A stretch of DNA of 59,264 nucleotides from a virus (lineage: Duplodnaviria > Caudoviricetes): positions 1 to 59,264 of IMG/VR virus record IMGVR_UViG_3300036832_000931; one strand, written 5' to 3'. The position numbers were made by a program, and so were the translations under genes. The notes below the pieces were generated by a model that was not told the DNA's origin, made no database searches, and worked only from the letters and a program-made list of their open reading frames with translations. Shown piece by piece: positions 54,835 to 59,264 of the stretch (position 1 is its first letter; the number at the start of each line of letters is the position of its first letter).

Positions 54835-55494
54835 TCAATCATCATCGTCGTCTACGTCGTATCCGCCGTCACCGATATTTCGCGGTTTGCTCCAGATCAT
54901 CTCTGACGGTCTGATCACCTTGCCCACCGCCTCACCATCATCAAGCGGCAGCAGACCGAAATGCGCCAGCCCCTCAGCTTCGTCGGCACAGTCAGCGTCA
55001 TGCTGCTTATCCATATAATCGAGGCGCTCGAGCACTTCGCGCATATGCTGGTTCATGATGTTGAGCCGCTCGCTGAGCTGCGACACAGTACGCATCGCTT
55101 CAACCACCTCATCGGTGTGAGCGACTAGATGGGCGAATTTACTTTCGTCACGCACGAGAGCACCCCGCATATCCGTAATCTGACTAAGCACCAGTGCCAT
55201 AAAGTCCGGCCACTGCGCAGCCATCGCGGCGTAGCTGTTCTTGCCGTTCGCGAGCTGACGGATGCGGGCTACTACCGCACGGGTCCAGAGCATCGCCTGC
55301 GGATCGAGGTCGCCGGTCTGTGCCCACAACTCCTTGGTATCGAGATTGGCCGGTATCAGATCGACCGGGGGATGGTAATTATCGCAGCCCTCGATGGCAC
55401 GGGCACCATAGGTAGGTACCCCTTGTTGATCCCTGCGGAGGATTCCCCAGGGGTGTGATTTGCCGCATACGCATGGCCTCATTTCATCTTTCAT
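54835..55494 (-). CDS. Hypothetical protein
   Basis: 219 aa; GAGGTGG RBS; TGA abuts a repeat copy. Confidence 0.6.
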   Translation of the reverse strand: MKDEMRPCVCGKSHPWGILRRDQQGVPTYGARAIEGCDNYHPPVDLIPANLDTKELWAQTGDLDPQAMLWTRAVVARIRQLANGKNSYAAMAAQWPDFMALVLSQITDMRGALVRDESKFAHLVAHTDEVVEAMRTVSQLSERLNIMNQHMREVLERLDYMDKQHDADCADEAEGLAHFGLLPLDDGEAVGKVIRPSEMIWSKPRNIGDGGYDVDDDDD

Positions 55495-55697
55495 AAAACC
55501 ACCTCTACTTCATCTTATAGTCACATGCTCGATCTCCCGATAATTCTCACCCAAGATAAACCGCATACAGTCACAGCCCCTTTCCCGGCATACCCCTTCC
55601 TCGTCCTGATGCAGCATCCGAGTGTGACCGCAGAGGCAGAACTGCTGATGCCATACGCTGGCACAATGCGGTCTGCGTGAGATTCGTTTCACTGCCA

Positions 55698-55967
55698 TTA
55701 CGCAGGAACCCCAAATAACTCCCCCTGGCGAGCGGGTTCGCATTGATGCTTGCGAATAATGCGAACAATGTGCGGGCGCATGGCATCCGGATACACGGCG
55801 AAACAGTGCGTACCCTTACCGTTGGTCTTCTCGCGAAGCTCCTTGGGTGGCAGTTCGCCGTGGATGGAGAACCACAGATCCCGTGTCTCTTCACCGACCG
55901 CCCAGGAGAGATTGGGAGTGATGTCCACCCTCTCTTCACGCATGACATCAATCACTGTGATGCTCAT
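55698..55967 (-). CDS. Hypothetical phage protein
   Basis: ITVIDVMRE...WAVG...GELPPK.LREKT.G.GTHCFAVYP; ends GVPA* inside a repeat copy. Confidence 0.6.
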   Translation of the reverse strand: MSITVIDVMREERVDITPNLSWAVGEETRDLWFSIHGELPPKELREKTNGKGTHCFAVYPDAMRPHIVRIIRKHQCEPARQGELFGVPA

Positions 55968-56116
55968 GGTCTTCCCCGTTCCGTTTCACTGCTCTAAACG
56001 CAGGAACCTTACGGTTCGTACGTAACGGCGGTGAAACAAGAGAAGTTTCACTGCTAGTACGCAGGAACCGCCGCCTCATCGTTTCACCGCCCGTACGCGG
56101 GAACCCGTACTGCCGC

Positions 56117-56536
56117 TTACACCACGACGATGCTGTCCGATGGTGGGGCGGCGGTGGAGCCGAGTGCGTTGGTGGCGGTAACCACGCAGGTCGCAGTTTT
56201 GCCCACATCATCGCTTACAATCGTATAGTCCGCGGCATTGGTACCGACATCGGTCCCGTCCAATTGCCACTGGTAAGCGTAGAAGGTGGGTACGCCCACC
56301 CATTCGCCCATTGTGCAGTGCAGCACACTGCCGCTCTGCGACACGTGCGGCACTGTCGTGTTAACGGGAGCACCGGCGGGGTAATTACGCTCCATCAGGT
56401 ATTGGCTGGTTTCTTCGGCATAGCTGAACACTCGCCAGCCGTAGTGCCCGAGGTCATTGACCTCATCGAGCGTAGTTGACCACCGGTATTCATATCGATC
56501 CGGCAGTGCCGTACCTTTTGTTTCTGCTCTTGCCAT
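56117..56536 (-). CDS. Ig-like domain protein
   Basis: PVNTTVP......L.CT.GEW.G.PT.YAYQW..DG...YT....DVGK...C.VTATN..GS. Confidence 0.7.
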   Translation of the reverse strand: MARAETKGTALPDRYEYRWSTTLDEVNDLGHYGWRVFSYAEETSQYLMERNYPAGAPVNTTVPHVSQSGSVLHCTMGEWVGVPTFYAYQWQLDGTDVGTNAADYTIVSDDVGKTATCVVTATNALGSTAAPPSDSIVVV

Positions 56537-56627
56537 GATTTACCTTTTTCGCTGAACCTCAGTGTTTCACTGCCACTACGCAGGAACCTTGCTTTGGATT
56601 ATAGTTTCACTGCCCAAACGCAGGAAC

Positions 56628-58274
56628 CTACCCAGCCATCCAACTACCACCAGAATCAGCACCTCTATTACCAAATGGACTACCACCATACTCCGCATCC
56701 CCGCGGTAGCGCCTCGGCCACACAATATTAAGGGCCGGATCGAACAGGCGGCTCAAAGCGTCCAGCATGTCTCGCTGTTTGGGATTGTACGGCCATAACA
56801 AAAACTCATCATTAATAAAGTGCTGCACCAAGTCGACTTCGCTGCCGTCTTTCAGCTTTTTCTTGATGCCGTCTTTAGGAAAGAGAATGCGCCGGTCACG
56901 GAAGGGAGGGATCAGCCAACCGATGCGGCCGTCTTTAGACATGCCGCCGGACAATTGTACGATCGTAAACATCTGGTTGAGTTCGCGCATACGGAAGTGG
57001 AAGTGCTCGATGTCGCACTGCATCCCGTATTTCTCGTAACCAACCTTCAGCGGATCCCAGCGGGTCACCGCCTGGAACACCGCCTCCCAGCGCTCCTCAA
57101 GATCCAGCTTGTCGCAGATCACGTCACAAATCCGAACGCGCTTGTCTGCTCCAAGCGCTACCACCCACAGGGCGAAGCGGCTGTTGCTGTCGGGATTATT
57201 GCCGGCCGGATCGACCAAGACGTATTTGTTCATGCCGGTGAGCGAGTCGTCCTTGGCGTCCCAGTAATCCAGCCACTCGTGGCTGAAGCCAACCTCGTGA
57301 GGATCCTTCGCCTGACTCGGGTCGAGCAGAATCTGCAGGGCGAAGACCTTGGGGGACAGGGCGGATTTGAAAAAGGAGAACTTCTCATCGCTCAGATAAG
57401 CGGGCTGATGATTCTCATCAAACGGTCCACGCAGCCTGAGCTTGCCCACTCTGCGCTTGATCAACTCGCTGGTCGTATCGCCAAACTCCTGAAAGGTCGC
57501 GATGTATCTGAAGATGGGCGGGTCGGAGGCGGTCAGCAGCAGCGAGTTATCAAACTGCTCGGTAGTGGTGGCGATCATCAGGGTCGAGGTCTGATCCCGC
57601 GCCACGACATCATCATATATAAGGCGGCGGTAGCGCTTGCCGACCGGCTGTCCATCGACCAGACCCCACGCCTCGATGGTGGCCTCTTTGGGATTACCCT
57701 TGCGCTTGACGGTGATGCCGTCATTCTCGCCCCAGCTTACCGAGGCGGTGCGGCACTCATGTTTGGGATCCTGCCACAAGACATCATCGAAGAGATCCTT
57801 GAGGAGCTGGTTGGTTTCGAATTCCCGCTTGATCAGGGTCAGGAAGTCCTTGGCCATCGGGCGGGTATGGCTGAAGAAACCGAACGTCACCTCGGGATCA
57901 TTGAGGATATCCTGAATGGTCAGCCCGAAGGTGATGATCTCGGATTTGTACGACTCGCGAGGCCACAGGTCGAGGTGATTATTGGGATTCTCTTGGACCT
58001 CAGTGCAGCGTTTAAAAGTCCAGCGAGTCTTTCGCTCGTCCGCCAGGAAATGCTTGCGGTTGAGAAGATAGACCAGCAGAAAGAAGAGATCGTGTTGTCC
58101 CAACCAGCGCAGATGATCACGGCGCATCGGGGCGGAACAGTTGCGGGTTTCCGTCCACCACCACTGGGCATTAGCCGGCGAGGTGGAGCGGTGCAGCGGT
58201 GGATGTTCGGCGCAGGCGTTGGTCTTGCGCAGTGCGCCGATTAAATCCTCAAAGCCGTTACCCCGTTTAGGCAT
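56628..58274 (-). CDS. terL: Terminase large subunit
   Basis: PRESYKS (Walker A variant), G.R...LIYDD (Walker B), VDPA nuclease motif, K..RI..L.P, DMLDALS. Confidence 0.9.
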   Translation of the reverse strand: MPKRGNGFEDLIGALRKTNACAEHPPLHRSTSPANAQWWWTETRNCSAPMRRDHLRWLGQHDLFFLLVYLLNRKHFLADERKTRWTFKRCTEVQENPNNHLDLWPRESYKSEIITFGLTIQDILNDPEVTFGFFSHTRPMAKDFLTLIKREFETNQLLKDLFDDVLWQDPKHECRTASVSWGENDGITVKRKGNPKEATIEAWGLVDGQPVGKRYRRLIYDDVVARDQTSTLMIATTTEQFDNSLLLTASDPPIFRYIATFQEFGDTTSELIKRRVGKLRLRGPFDENHQPAYLSDEKFSFFKSALSPKVFALQILLDPSQAKDPHEVGFSHEWLDYWDAKDDSLTGMNKYVLVDPAGNNPDSNSRFALWVVALGADKRVRICDVICDKLDLEERWEAVFQAVTRWDPLKVGYEKYGMQCDIEHFHFRMRELNQMFTIVQLSGGMSKDGRIGWLIPPFRDRRILFPKDGIKKKLKDGSEVDLVQHFINDEFLLWPYNPKQRDMLDALSRLFDPALNIVWPRRYRGDAEYGGSPFGNRGADSGGSWMAG

Positions 58275-58364
58275 TTACCTGATTCTCTTCAAGCGTTTCA
58301 CTGCCGGTTACGCAGGAACCTAACCTTCACTCATCGCTTCGTTTCACTGCCGATACGCAGGAAC

Positions 58365-58901
58365 CTAGTCTATTTTCTCAGCGAGTTTTTCGTCCTCCGC
58401 TGCCAGCTCCTTCAATAATTCACTCATCGCCTCGGGATGGTTACGCAAAGCGCGTTCGATCCGCTCAATCGCCCAGCGCGGGATCCCGCTGGCGTCATGG
58501 CCCATCTCGCGGCGTACCTTGACGATGGAGTCGAGGATACCGCGCAGCGTATCGAGCGCCGACAGGACTAACTTCTCGTCAACGGTAAAGCTCTGTACGT
58601 GCTGCTGGAGGTGAGGATCCCAGACCTTGAGTGCTGATTTACTGTGCTTGGCCCGCCACACGCACATCCGTCCCTCTTGCCAGAGATCGACGAAGCGCTC
58701 GTGAATGTCCGCCCAGTCGAGCTGTTTGCCGTTACGTACCGCGGCGCGGAGCTGGTCACCTTTTATCTTGATGGCGCGGACAGGAGCTTTGGGCGGCGGC
58801 TGCTGACGGAACTTCTCCGCCGTATATTCGTTCGGGACCAGATGCTTTTCAGGTGGCTGCGGCAGCTTGTAGCCGTCTTTTTGTGTTAGTTCGTCAGCCA
58901 T
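58365..58901 (-). CDS. Candidate terminase small subunit
   Basis: Position directly upstream of terL; helical, 178 aa. Confidence 0.45.
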   Translation of the reverse strand: MADELTQKDGYKLPQPPEKHLVPNEYTAEKFRQQPPPKAPVRAIKIKGDQLRAAVRNGKQLDWADIHERFVDLWQEGRMCVWRAKHSKSALKVWDPHLQQHVQSFTVDEKLVLSALDTLRGILDSIVKVRREMGHDASGIPRWAIERIERALRNHPEAMSELLKELAAEDEKLAEKID

Positions 58902-59264
58902 ACGATGCCCGACCTTGTTTCATCGCCAGTTTACGCGAGAACCTCGAGATTACGTCCGTGTTTCATCGCTAATACGCGAGAACCTTTGTTTCGAAACAAA
59001 CTCGGCGTTTCACTGCCTGTACGCAGGAACCTTTAACTTAAGCGCGCCCGTCGGGTTTGTTTCGAAACGTGGGGGTGGATACGTCGTCGCCGGATCTCCC
59101 GACGCACCATTCCCCGGCGGGCGCAAGCTTTATCATCTCATATTGATCCACCATCAGTGAGCATTATAGCCTCCCCAATGTTTCACTGCCGATACGCAGG
59201 AACCTAGCCGTTCGTCAGAAGTTTCACCGCCCTGACGCGGGAACCCTAGCTATGTAGGATGTTG

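Larger units (their letters stand above)
1271..59245. repeat. Dispersed CRISPR-repeat-derived hairpin GGTTCCYGCG-N4-8-GCRGTGAAAC (about 46 copies outside the two arrays)
   Basis: Leftmost coordinates. Minus strand: 1271, 2674, 9341, 17152, 36565, 36789, 37089, 38188, 38229, 39562, 40580, 41105, 41328, 41646, 41704, 41845, 44763, 47910, 49518, 50490, 51736, 52563, 53695, 54810, 55686, 55983, 56045, 56081, 56564, 56604, 58295, 58341, 58917, 58960, 59007, 59180, 59221. Plus strand: 9971, 10677, 15955, 17684, 20866, 21800, 21883, 33337, 56013. Confidence 0.95.
1..59264. mobile_element. Temperate tailed phage (podovirus-like), near-complete
   Basis: TerL, portal, capsid, adaptor/nozzle, ejection proteins, tail fibres, integrase/excisionase; no tape measure or sheath seen and no host housekeeping genes. 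Confidence 0.9.

Noticed and set aside
56820-58244. Long plus-strand ORF (474 aa) and similar ones at 42725-43615, 33652-34371, 32779-33477 and 30267-30959
   Set aside because: Antisense shadows of well-supported minus-strand genes in GC-rich DNA.
1271-59245. Dispersed hairpin as integron attC sites
   Set aside because: Although it lies after stop codons and has a bulged base, it is far shorter than attC sites, lacks the RYYYAAC...GTTRRRY order, flanks core virion genes, and the integrase looks phage-type. An ssDNA role is not strictly excluded.
1271-59245. Dispersed hairpin as rho-independent terminators
   Set aside because: No U-tract follows in the sense orientation, and copies lie inside ORFs and tightly coupled operons.

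Overview
The window is most of a temperate, podovirus-like tailed phage genome, truncated at both ends and probably circularly permuted. Layout: lysis/secreted genes on the minus strand (1-2.9 kb); an early region of small plus-strand genes (4-10 kb); a compact 472-aa type V (Cas12m/TnpB-like) effector with an adjacent CRISPR array (10.0-12.0 kb); helicase, excisionase and integrase (13.7-17.4 kb); RecT, nuclease, methyltransferase and VRR-NUC (18-22.4 kb); and a long minus-strand morphogenesis region with terminase, ejection proteins, portal, N4-gp56-type capsid and tail proteins (25-59 kb). The standout feature is that the 3' ~25 nt of the CRISPR repeat (consensus GGTTCCYGCG-N4-8-GCRGTGAAAC, a hairpin with compensatory changes) occurs about 69 times by manual count. 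Eleven copies are in the cas-adjacent array, 12 in a second short-spacer array at 2958-3446, and about 46 are solitary or in small clusters. Nearly all dispersed copies are co-oriented with transcription, and many sit exactly on stop codons. This suggests a CRISPR effector repurposed for genome-wide RNA processing, gene control or decoy functions. All family assignments come from motif recognition by eye, not database searches.
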